IMG/VR virus record: IMGVR_UViG_3300045988_069864
Source of the DNA: a virus
Direction: 5' to 3' (one strand)
Length of the DNA stretch: 64,000 bases
Shown: positions 1-7,809 of the stretch, piece after piece
Layout: each line of letters begins with the position of its first letter
How positions within the stretch are numbered: the first letter of the stretch is position 1
Made by a program: the position numbers and the translations under genes
The notes under the pieces: model-generated
Seen by the model: the letters and a program-made list of their open reading frames with translations, nothing else
Told to the model about the DNA's origin: nothing
Database searches by the model: none

Positions 1-2787
1 GAAAAACTAAAAAGTAAAGGCTGGACCGAGACACCTGAAAACATCAAGAACGAATTTGGTCTGACTACTACTCAATATCGAGCTCAGAAAGCATTGGCTA
101 AAGATGAACGTCGAGGCTATGACGTGGCGAGAGCTAAATCGTTGGAAAGTGACGGTTTGGGTCCTACTGCCATTGCCAAAAAGATGTCTGAAGAACAAGG
201 CAAAAACATCAACGAATCTACTATTCGTTCTTGGCTTAATGAAGAGTCCGAAGCTCGTATGAATCAGGCTAAACAGACTGCTGAATTTATTAAGAAACAA
301 ATCGACGAAAAAGGCATGATTGATGTCGGTGTTGGTGTTGAACGAGAACTTGGTATATCCAAAGAAAAACTTAATCAAGCACTGGCAATTCTCGAAGCTG
401 AAGGCTATGAGCTTTATGGCGGTCGTGTTCCGCAGGTTACTAATCCTAATCAAATGACCACTCTTAAAGTCATTTGTCCTCCTGGTACTGAACATAAAGA
501 TATTTATGACTACGAAAATGTACATTCTCTGAATGAATATATTTCTCGTGACGGTGGCGAAACTTACGAAAAGAAGTTCCACTATCCTGAAAGCATGGAT
601 GCTAGTCGTCTTATGATTCGGTATAAAGAAGATGGCGGTATCGATAAAGATGGTGTTATTGAACTTCGTCGAGGCGTTCCTGATTTGTCTCTTGGTGAAT
701 CTCGTATCTCTCAGGTTCGAATCCTCGTTGACGGTGACAGATATTTGAAGGGCATGGCTGTTTATTCGGATAATATGCCTGATGGTGTCGATGTTATATT
801 TAACACCAATAAGTCCAAAGACGTTGCTATGCGAGATGTCCTCAAAAAGATTAAGGATGATCCGGACAATCCCTTTGGTTCCGCTATCAAGGATGTGGAA
901 AAGGGCGGTCAGTATTGGTATGATCCTAAAACCGGTAAACAAGTATCGGCATCAACTCCTGGTGCTAAGTTGGGTCTGATCAATAAACGAGCTGATGAGG
1001 GCGATTGGTCTGAATGGAAAGATGCACTTCCTGCTCAGTTCTTGTCTAAGCAATCATTGCATTTGGCTAAACAGCAGCTGAACATTGCCGCTTCTGATAA
1101 AGAGGCTGAGTTTGCAGAACTAAGTTCACTTACTAATCCTACTGTAAAGAAGTATTTACTTAATAAATTTGCAGATGAGTGTGATTCAGCAGCTGTACAT
1201 CTTCAAGCAGCAGCTCTGCCTGGTCAGAAGTATCATGTTATATTACCTGTTACTTCTATGAAGGACACCGAAGTGTATGCTCCAAGGTATGAAAATGGAT
1301 CTAAGCTCGCACTTATTCGATATCCTCATGGCGGCACCTTTGAGATTCCTATCTTGACTGTTAATAATAAACAGAAAGACGCCAAAGCTTTGCTTGGCAC
1401 TGATATTTCGGATGCTATCGCTATCAATAGTAAGGTTGCTGAGCGTCTGTCTGGTGCCGACTTTGATGGCGATACCGTTATGTGTATTCCTACTCATGAC
1501 AAAGCTGGCAAGGTCAAGATTACATCTACGAATCCGCTTAAGGGTCTCGAAGGATTTGATCCCAAGACTTCTTATGGTGCTACGAAGACTGTCAAAGATT
1601 CCGATGGCACTGAACATTATCTTCGTAACGGTAAAGAATATAAGATTATGAAGAATACTCAGACCGAAATGGGTAAGATCTCTAATCTTATCAGCGATAT
1701 GACACTGAAAGGTGCTAATGATGACGAGTTAGCTAGAGCTGTTCGTCATAGCATGGTTGTCATCGATGCCGAGAAACATAAGCTTGACTATAAGCAGAGC
1801 GAGATCGACAATAACATCTCCGCTCTTAAGAAGGAGTACCAGAATGGCGGCGGTGCATCCACCTTGATCTCTAGAAGTAAAGGCGAAATCCCGGTTCTTA
1901 AACGACAGGGTAGCCCTATAGTCAATACCAAGACCAAGAACGGAAAACCCAACCCCGACTATGATTCTAGTAAGCCTGAAGGGTCTCTCATATGGAAGAC
2001 TGCCGATGATGTGAATTACCAGTATACAAAAGTAAACAAGAAAACTGGTGAAGTTACTACCATCACCAAGCAACGTACTCAGAAGAGTACTCGTATGGCG
2101 GAGACAACCGATGCACGTACCCTTATCTCGGATGCAGATACCCCCATGGAACGGGCCTATGCGGACTATGCTAACCATATGAAGAACCTGGCCAATAAGG
2201 CCCGCATTGAGGTATCCACTACCGGTAAGATAGCATACTCCTCTAAGGCTAAAGCTACCTATCAGACCGAGGTAAAGAGTCTCAATGATAAGCTGAATAA
2301 TGCCTTACTTAATGCTCCACGAGAGCGACAGGCTACCCTTAAGGCTAATGCAGAGGTACAGCGCAAGGTTGATGCTGCTAAGGCCGCTATCAAAAAAGAG
2401 AACCCCGAGGCCACTAATAGGGAGATTAACAAGCTTGTTCGTAAGAAGATTGATGTTAAGAAGACCGGACAGCAGGCTCTTACTAAATATCGTACTGAGG
2501 CTGGTTCTGTAAAACGTAGTGATCGATCTATTAAGATTACTGATAAGGAATGGGAAGCTATTCAGGCTGGTGCTATTAGTGAGAATGTACTTAAGAAGAT
2601 CCTTGCTAACTCTGACGTGGATAGTCTTAGACAAAGAGCAACGCCTCGTTCTACAACAACGCTTAGTACAGCTAAGATTAATAGAATCAAAGCTATGCGC
2701 GCTTCTGGTAAAACACTTAATGAAATCGCAAATGCGCTTAATGTTTCTGCATCAACAGTTGCAACTTATGTGAAAGGAGTGAATTGA
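1..2787 (+). CDS. Single-polypeptide two-barrel RNA polymerase homolog (YonO-like), 5' end cut by window edge
   Basis: Frame is open from nt 1; the track start at 94 is an internal TTG. Beta-like barrel signature DGDRYLKGMAVYSDNMPDGVDVIFN (nt 730-804; compare bacterial beta GDK..RHGNKG..EDMP..G..VDI.LNP). Beta-prime-like catalytic loop RYPHGG...LSGADFDGDTVM (nt 1318-1482; compare NADFDGD). HTH-like segments near both ends. Confidence 0.6.
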   Translation, partial: EKLKSKGWTETPENIKNEFGLTTTQYRAQKALAKDERRGYDVARAKSLESDGLGPTAIAKKMSEEQGKNINESTIRSWLNEESEARMNQAKQTAEFIKKQIDEKGMIDVGVGVERELGISKEKLNQALAILEAEGYELYGGRVPQVTNPNQMTTLKVICPPGTEHKDIYDYENVHSLNEYISRDGGETYEKKFHYPESMDASRLMIRYKEDGGIDKDGVIELRRGVPDLSLGESRISQVRILVDGDRYLKGMAVYSDNMPDGVDVIFNTNKSKDVAMRDVLKKIKDDPDNPFGSAIKDVEKGGQYWYDPKTGKQVSASTPGAKLGLINKRADEGDWSEWKDALPAQFLSKQSLHLAKQQLNIAASDKEAEFAELSSLTNPTVKKYLLNKFADECDSAAVHLQAAALPGQKYHVILPVTSMKDTEVYAPRYENGSKLALIRYPHGGTFEIPILTVNNKQKDAKALLGTDISDAIAINSKVAERLSGADFDGDTVMCIPTHDKAGKVKITSTNPLKGLEGFDPKTSYGATKTVKDSDGTEHYLRNGKEYKIMKNTQTEMGKISNLISDMTLKGANDDELARAVRHSMVVIDAEKHKLDYKQSEIDNNISALKKEYQNGGGASTLISRSKGEIPVLKRQGSPIVNTKTKNGKPNPDYDSSKPEGSLIWKTADDVNYQYTKVNKKTGEVTTITKQRTQKSTRMAETTDARTLISDADTPMERAYADYANHMKNLANKARIEVSTTGKIAYSSKAKATYQTEVKSLNDKLNNALLNAPRERQATLKANAEVQRKVDAAKAAIKKENPEATNREINKLVRKKIDVKKTGQQALTKYRTEAGSVKRSDRSIKITDKEWEAIQAGAISENVLKKILANSDVDSLRQRATPRSTTTLSTAKINRIKAMRASGKTLNEIANALNVSASTVATYVKGVN

Positions 2788-2789
2788 TC

Positions 2790-3038
2790 ATGGAAAACGT
2801 TTGTGCATTGACCACAATTGACAATCCTTTTGATCCTTTTGATCAATTCAGTCAATGGTTTCTCTTTGATACAGAAAAAGGTTACAATTCTTGTTCTTAT
2901 CTTGCTCGAATTGCACAAACTTCTGATGAAATGTCTGAACAAGAATACAATCATGAAGTTGAACGAGCAATTGACGAAATTGTCACGATTAATCCTTTAG
3001 GAATTTACAAGAAAGTAACCAAACCCCAGGTAAATTAA
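2790..3038 (+). CDS. Small conserved phage protein, function unknown
   Basis: ATG 2790 lies 10 nt after GAAAGGAG and the ORF overlaps the RNAP stop. 82 aa, acidic, no motif I can name. Confidence 0.5.
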   Translation: MENVCALTTIDNPFDPFDQFSQWFLFDTEKGYNSCSYLARIAQTSDEMSEQEYNHEVERAIDEIVTINPLGIYKKVTKPQVN

Positions 3039-3058
3039 AAAGATGTAGAGCTAATGAT

Positions 3059-3067
3059 GGGGGGGGG
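3059..3067. repeat. Poly-G tract (about G9) that can pair with CCCCCTCC at 3082-3089
   Basis: Homopolymer read directly from the sequence, in an otherwise AT-rich intergenic leader. Confidence 0.6.
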
Positions 3068-3225
3068 TCGCTAAAACTACACCCCCTCCTCACATCGCCG
3101 GCCTCCTTGAAAATTCTCCGGAGGGATTTTTCAGAAAAGCATTTATATTTGAGGTAATGACGATACCAGTACGCTTAAGGTCGAGGAAGTTACGAATTGA
3201 TTGAGAATTAGATTGCTATTTTCCT

Positions 3226-3326
3226 GGGTAGTGTTTAGACGAGTTCATAAGGTTGAATATTGGTCATACTTTGCGCTCCTTTCAGTGAATCGTTATTGAC
3301 CTTATGGGCTCCTTTAAGCACTACCC
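3226..3326 (+). promoter_or_regulatory. 28-nt imperfect inverted repeat (long hairpin) in the leader of the late operon
   Basis: GGGTAGTG..CATAAGGT (3226-3253) against ACCTTATG..CACTACCC (3299-3326). Both 8-nt ends are perfect and 7 of 12 internal positions match. The loop is 45 nt. Confidence 0.45.
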
Positions 3327-3375
3327 AAAACTGTAACTAAAGTCATTAATAACTGTATGAAAGGAGGCAGGATTA

Positions 3376-3720
3376 TTGGCTAAAGTTAAATCAAAACCAA
3401 AGTATTCTAAAGAAAACCAACCCAAAATAAGGCCAGCTCTTACCCCAGAAGCAAGAGAGAATCAGCTTATTTCTTTAGCAGTCGACTTAGTGGAACAGAG
3501 ATTGCTTGATGGTACTGCCTCTTCTCAGGAAACTACTCATTTTCTCAAACTCGGTTCTATGAAGAATCGTCTTGAGATGGAAAAACTTCAAGAAGAGAAC
3601 AAGTTACTCCAGGCAAAGACTGAAGCGCTTCAATCCGCTAAACGAGTTGAAGAACTGTATTCCGAAGCTATCTCTGCCATGCGTCGATATAGCGGTAATG
3701 GTGATCCTGATGAGTATTAG
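3376..3720 (+). CDS. Putative small terminase / DNA-packaging protein
   Basis: First gene of the late operon, TTG start after AAAGGAGG. 114 aa, basic N-terminus plus coiled coil. Its position upstream of HNH and TerL supports the call; the family assignment is not certain. Confidence 0.4.
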   Translation: MAKVKSKPKYSKENQPKIRPALTPEARENQLISLAVDLVEQRLLDGTASSQETTHFLKLGSMKNRLEMEKLQEENKLLQAKTEALQSAKRVEELYSEAISAMRRYSGNGDPDEY

Positions 3721-4159
3721 ACGATATTCCGAGCTAATTACCATTCCTACATACGAGGAACGATTTAAGTATCTTCAACTTAAAGGTGCTGTTGGCGCTG
3801 ATACCTTTGGCTATGATCGATATTTGAATCAGATTCTGTATAACTCTCCGGAGTGGAAGCGATTCAGAAATGACATCATCATTCGAGATAATGGCTGTGA
3901 TCTTGCTTGTGAAGGATATGAGATTAAAGGTTGGAAAGATCAAGAAGGTAAGATTCATAGAGCTAGAATAATCATTCATCATATGAATCCTATCACAGTC
4001 GACGACATTCTTAATCATAATCCAATGGTGTTTGATCCTGAGAATGTTATAACTACAGTTCTCAATACTCACAACGCCATTCATTACGGTGACGAGAAGT
4101 TATTAGTTACTGGACCAGTCACAAGGTCTCCTAACGATACGTGTCTCTGGCGAAAATAA
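3710..4159 (+). CDS. HNH endonuclease (packaging-associated type)
   Basis: ATG 3710 overlaps the previous stop. The protein has the IIIHHMNPI...N...LNTHNAIH H-N-H pattern. HNH genes next to terminase are typical of cos-type phages. Confidence 0.8.
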   Translation: MSIRRYSELITIPTYEERFKYLQLKGAVGADTFGYDRYLNQILYNSPEWKRFRNDIIIRDNGCDLACEGYEIKGWKDQEGKIHRARIIIHHMNPITVDDILNHNPMVFDPENVITTVLNTHNAIHYGDEKLLVTGPVTRSPNDTCLWRK

Positions 4160-4176
4160 TCAAAAGGAGAATAATT

Positions 4177-4518
4177 GTGGAAAGTATTCTGACATCAATT
4201 AAAAAGTTACTCGGAATCGCCGAAGAAGATACCAACTTTGATCAGGATCTTATTATGCATATCAACTCGGTATTCATGATCCTAACTCAACTTGGTGTTG
4301 GTCCTTCCAAGGGATTCTCCATCAAAGATGAGAATGACGTCTGGTCCGATTTTATACCAGAACAGTCTCCTCTCGAGGCAGTCAAAACTTATGTCTACAT
4401 GAAAGTTAGACTTATGTTTGATCCTCCTTTAAGTTCCGCAGTCGTAGACGCCATTAATAGAAACATCTCCGAACTTGAGTGGCGACTTAATGTTGGTGCT
4501 GAGAATGGAGGTGAGTAA
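4177..4518 (+). CDS. Putative gp6-like head-tail connector / packaging accessory protein
   Basis: GTG 4177 lies 7 nt after AAAGGAG. The N-terminus ILTSIKKLLGI..D..FD.DLIMHINSVF resembles gp6-like connector proteins. Confidence 0.4.
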   Translation: MESILTSIKKLLGIAEEDTNFDQDLIMHINSVFMILTQLGVGPSKGFSIKDENDVWSDFIPEQSPLEAVKTYVYMKVRLMFDPPLSSAVVDAINRNISELEWRLNVGAENGGE

Positions 4519-4519
4519 T

Positions 4520-4792
4520 ATGACAGAATGGATGGTTGCTGGGATCGTTGTAACAATTATTGGCGGTGGTTGGGCAGTTATTAAAGCTATTTCCGGTATT
4601 GTTCAACCATTGACAGAACAAATCACAAGACTCAATGATAGCATGAAATCGATCACTAATGATATGAACGAACTTACTGAACGAAACAGTAAAACTCATA
4701 CCCGATTGTTTCAAGCTATCGAAGAGCATGGTAAAATGCTAAGCGAACATGAAATTCGAATTGTAAAACTGGAAGAACATGAAAAGAAATGA
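4520..4792 (+). CDS. Small membrane protein, N-terminal TM helix plus coiled coil (BhlA/XhlA-like architecture)
   Basis: ATG 4520 follows GGAGGTGAG. The TM segment is MVAGIVVTIIGGGWAVIKAI, followed by a heptad-like charged tail. Confidence 0.4.
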   Translation: MTEWMVAGIVVTIIGGGWAVIKAISGIVQPLTEQITRLNDSMKSITNDMNELTERNSKTHTRLFQAIEEHGKMLSEHEIRIVKLEEHEKK

Positions 4793-4809
4793 GTGAAAGG
4801 AGGGATAGT

Positions 4810-5364
4810 ATGAAGTCTTATAATCACTCTGAAGAACTCTATCATCATGGCATCAAAGGTATGAAATGGGGTGTCCGGCGCTATCAGAATTCCGATGGTT
4901 CGCTTACTGCGGCTGGTCAGAAACGATACGCGAGAGATGCTCGAGAAAAAGAATTTAATAAGTATGATTCGTCCACTAAGACATATTACAAAACGTCTAA
5001 GAAAAATGGGCGAAGTGATTTGGAAGCAGATCCTAAACGTTATGCTAAAGAGGATCTATCTCGAACCAAAAAACTTGCTGACGAGTCAGCCAATCTTACA
5101 AGAAATCTAAAAACTGCTAATGATCAGGCTATCAAAAGTAAACCCAAGACTCGAATGGACCTTAGCAAGATGACTGACCAGGAGATGCGGGAAAAGATTA
5201 ATCGAGAATTACTTGAACGACAGTATAACGATGTCTTTAATCCTCCTACTGTTTCTAAGGGTCGGGAGTATGCAAGCAAAGTTCTCGATACTACTGGTAC
5301 TGTTTTGGCTATTACTAGTTCCGCATTGGGAATCGCCCTGGCTATTAAAGATCTTAAGGGGTGA
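4810..5364 (+). CDS. YHHG-motif paralog 1 of 4 (unknown function)
   Basis: ATG 4810 follows GAAAGGAGGG. N-terminus is ELYHHGIKGMKWGVRRYQNSDGSLTAAGQKRY. The body is Lys/Arg-rich and there is a C-terminal hydrophobic helix. Confidence 0.7.
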   Translation: MKSYNHSEELYHHGIKGMKWGVRRYQNSDGSLTAAGQKRYARDAREKEFNKYDSSTKTYYKTSKKNGRSDLEADPKRYAKEDLSRTKKLADESANLTRNLKTANDQAIKSKPKTRMDLSKMTDQEMREKINRELLERQYNDVFNPPTVSKGREYASKVLDTTGTVLAITSSALGIALAIKDLKG

Positions 5365-5372
5365 TCGTCAAA

Positions 5373-6428
5373 ATGGAATTGTATCACCACGGAATCAAGG
5401 GACAGAAGTGGGGCATTCGCCGGTATCAATATGCTGACGGTACTTATACTCCTGCTGGTAGGAAGCGATACGGCGTTAGTCAAAGTTCAAGTAATGCTCA
5501 ACGTGTTGCAACCATGATGGGTATGAGAGTAAAAGATGTGGTTAACACAGCGAGAACTCAAGTTACCGGAAGACAGTATGTTGATACATATCTGAAACGA
5601 GGTACAACATTTGCAAGAATTCAAACTTCTAAAGAGTTTGAAAATTTTGCATTCTACGCCACTTATAAGAAGGCTGACTCTGATAAGTATATGGGTCTGT
5701 TTGGGAAGAATCTGACTAGTCGTGCAAACAGTGATGCTAAGCGAGCAGAGAAAACAGCCAATGCTTCCGGTAGTGAAGCTGATGCCGCCACAGCTAAGCA
5801 ACTTCGAGATAAAGCTAACAACATGAAAGTTTATCAGCTGAAGCTAGAGACTACTAAGAAACTGAAAGTTCCGTCAGATGAGAATGCTAGTGACATCACT
5901 GCTAATCTACTGAAAGACTCTGAGTTTAAGAAGAATGTTGTTGCTTCAATTGAGGACTCGAAGGAAAAGATGCGTCGTCCTACTCAACAGGTCTTGTTTA
6001 AGCAAGCTCAAAATGCTTTGAATAAAGATCCGAGTAGGATGACAACTTCAGAGAAGGTTGCAGTCTACAAAGCTTTGAATCTGTCTTTGACTAATCACAA
6101 TCAGCAGGAAGTTGCAGCTCAGGCTAAGTTCTACTCGGAACTAAAGAAGAAAGGTTACAATGCACTGCTCGATTATAATGACAAAGATTATTCGAGTTAT
6201 CATGCTAAGCGACCAATGATCGTGTTCGATACTGACTCCGTGAAGCTTCAATCAGTGGCTGAGGCTAATCCGAAGGTCGTGGAAAAGATGTATGCGAAGT
6301 ATAACGCTGAACGAATCATGAAGGAAGTCGGAGCCAATACAATTGGCTATGTCGGCAAACTTGGTAAAAAGACTGTATCCGAATGCGAATCTTATGTGAA
6401 ACAGAAAACTGACAGCTATTTGAGTTAA
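5373..6428 (+). CDS. YHHG-motif paralog 2 of 4
   Basis: N-terminus is ELYHHGIKGQKWGIRRYQYADGTYTPAGRKRY. At 351 aa it is the longest member. Confidence 0.7.
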   Translation: MELYHHGIKGQKWGIRRYQYADGTYTPAGRKRYGVSQSSSNAQRVATMMGMRVKDVVNTARTQVTGRQYVDTYLKRGTTFARIQTSKEFENFAFYATYKKADSDKYMGLFGKNLTSRANSDAKRAEKTANASGSEADAATAKQLRDKANNMKVYQLKLETTKKLKVPSDENASDITANLLKDSEFKKNVVASIEDSKEKMRRPTQQVLFKQAQNALNKDPSRMTTSEKVAVYKALNLSLTNHNQQEVAAQAKFYSELKKKGYNALLDYNDKDYSSYHAKRPMIVFDTDSVKLQSVAEANPKVVEKMYAKYNAERIMKEVGANTIGYVGKLGKKTVSECESYVKQKTDSYLS

Positions 6429-6433
6429 TTTTA

Positions 6434-6443
6434 GGGGGGGGGG
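6434..6443. repeat. Poly-G tract G10 immediately upstream of paralog 3
   Basis: The 22-nt gap between stop 6428 and ATG 6451 reads TTTTA-G10-TAGATTA. The count is fixed by the flanking ORF coordinates. Confidence 0.9.
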
Positions 6444-6450
6444 TAGATTA

Positions 6451-7170
6451 ATGAATTCCAATGAACTTTACCACCATGGCGTCAAAGGCATGAAATGGGG
6501 TGTTCGCAAAGATCGATCTAGCTACACATCGACTGGACTTAGAGCTGCTATTGCTAGAAGACAGAATGAAAAAGTAGATGCGAACTTTAAAAACTGGAAA
6601 GAAAATTCTGAGAAAAGGACCAATGCCATTGAGCTCGGCAAGAAAATGAACCAATCCAAGATGGCATACGAAAATAACAAATCCGATAAGACATTTCGGC
6701 AGACGTATAAGCAGGACAGTAAAGCTTATAAAAAGGCTCTTAGAAGTAACACTACTTATCGCAAAGGTCAGATTAAGCAGGAAGTTGGTCAGGATGCTTC
6801 TCGGAAATACCTGAGCGAAGCTAAAAAGATAAAGAAACAGTTGGATTCCGATCCTTCTAATAAGCAGCTCCAAAAGAAGTATAATGATCTGATGAGTAAG
6901 CACGACATTGAACGAGCTAATGCTCGTAGAGCTCCAGAAGTAGCAGCGAACCGGTCTAGAAAGAAAGCTGCCATCAAGAGAGCGATGACAATGTCCGTAA
7001 AAGCTGCAGCTACAACCGCTGTTGTTACTGCTGGAACATACGCGGTAAATAAGTATTTGTCAGATCATAATGTAACTTTGAATGGCAACAATCTTCGAGT
7101 CGATTCTAACATGGTCAACACATTTAGTAATGCTGTCAAAGTTGGTAGCGAAATTTTTAAGTATATTTAA
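6451..7170 (+). CDS. YHHG-motif paralog 3 of 4
   Basis: N-terminus is ELYHHGVKGMKWGVRK. The body is K-rich with a hydrophobic segment near the C-terminus. About 43 nt of the 5' end is identical to paralog 4. Confidence 0.7.
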   Translation: MNSNELYHHGVKGMKWGVRKDRSSYTSTGLRAAIARRQNEKVDANFKNWKENSEKRTNAIELGKKMNQSKMAYENNKSDKTFRQTYKQDSKAYKKALRSNTTYRKGQIKQEVGQDASRKYLSEAKKIKKQLDSDPSNKQLQKKYNDLMSKHDIERANARRAPEVAANRSRKKAAIKRAMTMSVKAAATTAVVTAGTYAVNKYLSDHNVTLNGNNLRVDSNMVNTFSNAVKVGSEIFKYI

Positions 7171-7207
7171 CATTTGAGTTCCAGATTAAAGGAGGTGACA
7201 ACTCTAA

Positions 7208-7795
7208 GTGGATTCCAGTGAACTTTACCACCATGGCGTCAAAGGCATGAAATGGGGTGTTAGGCGGTATCAGCGTGAAGATGGTACTCGTACTATTGCT
7301 GGACAGAAGCACGCTCAGACATTAACCGGCGGAGTTGCTGGTGTGATCAGAAAGAAGCAGCGCAGTAATGCTGAAAAAGACTTAGCACGAACGATCTCTA
7401 AGCAAAAGCAAGTCAATAGTGAACTGCGTGAACTTCGCGGTTATTCAAAAAACCCAAGTAAAATCGGTCGTTCAAAATTGGCTACTGCTATTCGAAATCA
7501 GCAGATTAAGTCTTTGGAACGGACCAATTCTAAGCTCGACCAGCGTAAAAAAGAGAGCACGAGCGCTTTGAAAGAGCTGAAACAGATCGATGAATATCAG
7601 GCAAAGAAAGCTGCCGACAGAGCGCAGAGGAAACTCGCTAATGCAAAGATCAAAGATCTTCAGAAGAAGTATGGGCGTCTCGAAGATCAGATGACTTATG
7701 GTAAAAACGCCGACACTAAGGCTAACGCTCGTATTCAGAAGCAGATGTCTAGTATCGACACTCAGATTAACAAGCTTAAAAAGTCTACACGATAA
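7208..7795 (+). CDS. YHHG-motif paralog 4 of 4
   Basis: GTG 7208 lies 9 nt after AAAGGAGGTGA. N-terminus is ELYHHGVKGMKWGVRRYQREDGTRTIAGQKH, followed by a K/R/Q-rich coiled-coil-like tail. Confidence 0.7.
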   Translation: MDSSELYHHGVKGMKWGVRRYQREDGTRTIAGQKHAQTLTGGVAGVIRKKQRSNAEKDLARTISKQKQVNSELRELRGYSKNPSKIGRSKLATAIRNQQIKSLERTNSKLDQRKKESTSALKELKQIDEYQAKKAADRAQRKLANAKIKDLQKKYGRLEDQMTYGKNADTKANARIQKQMSSIDTQINKLKKSTR

Positions 7796-7809
7796 GGAGC
7801 TAATTCAAA

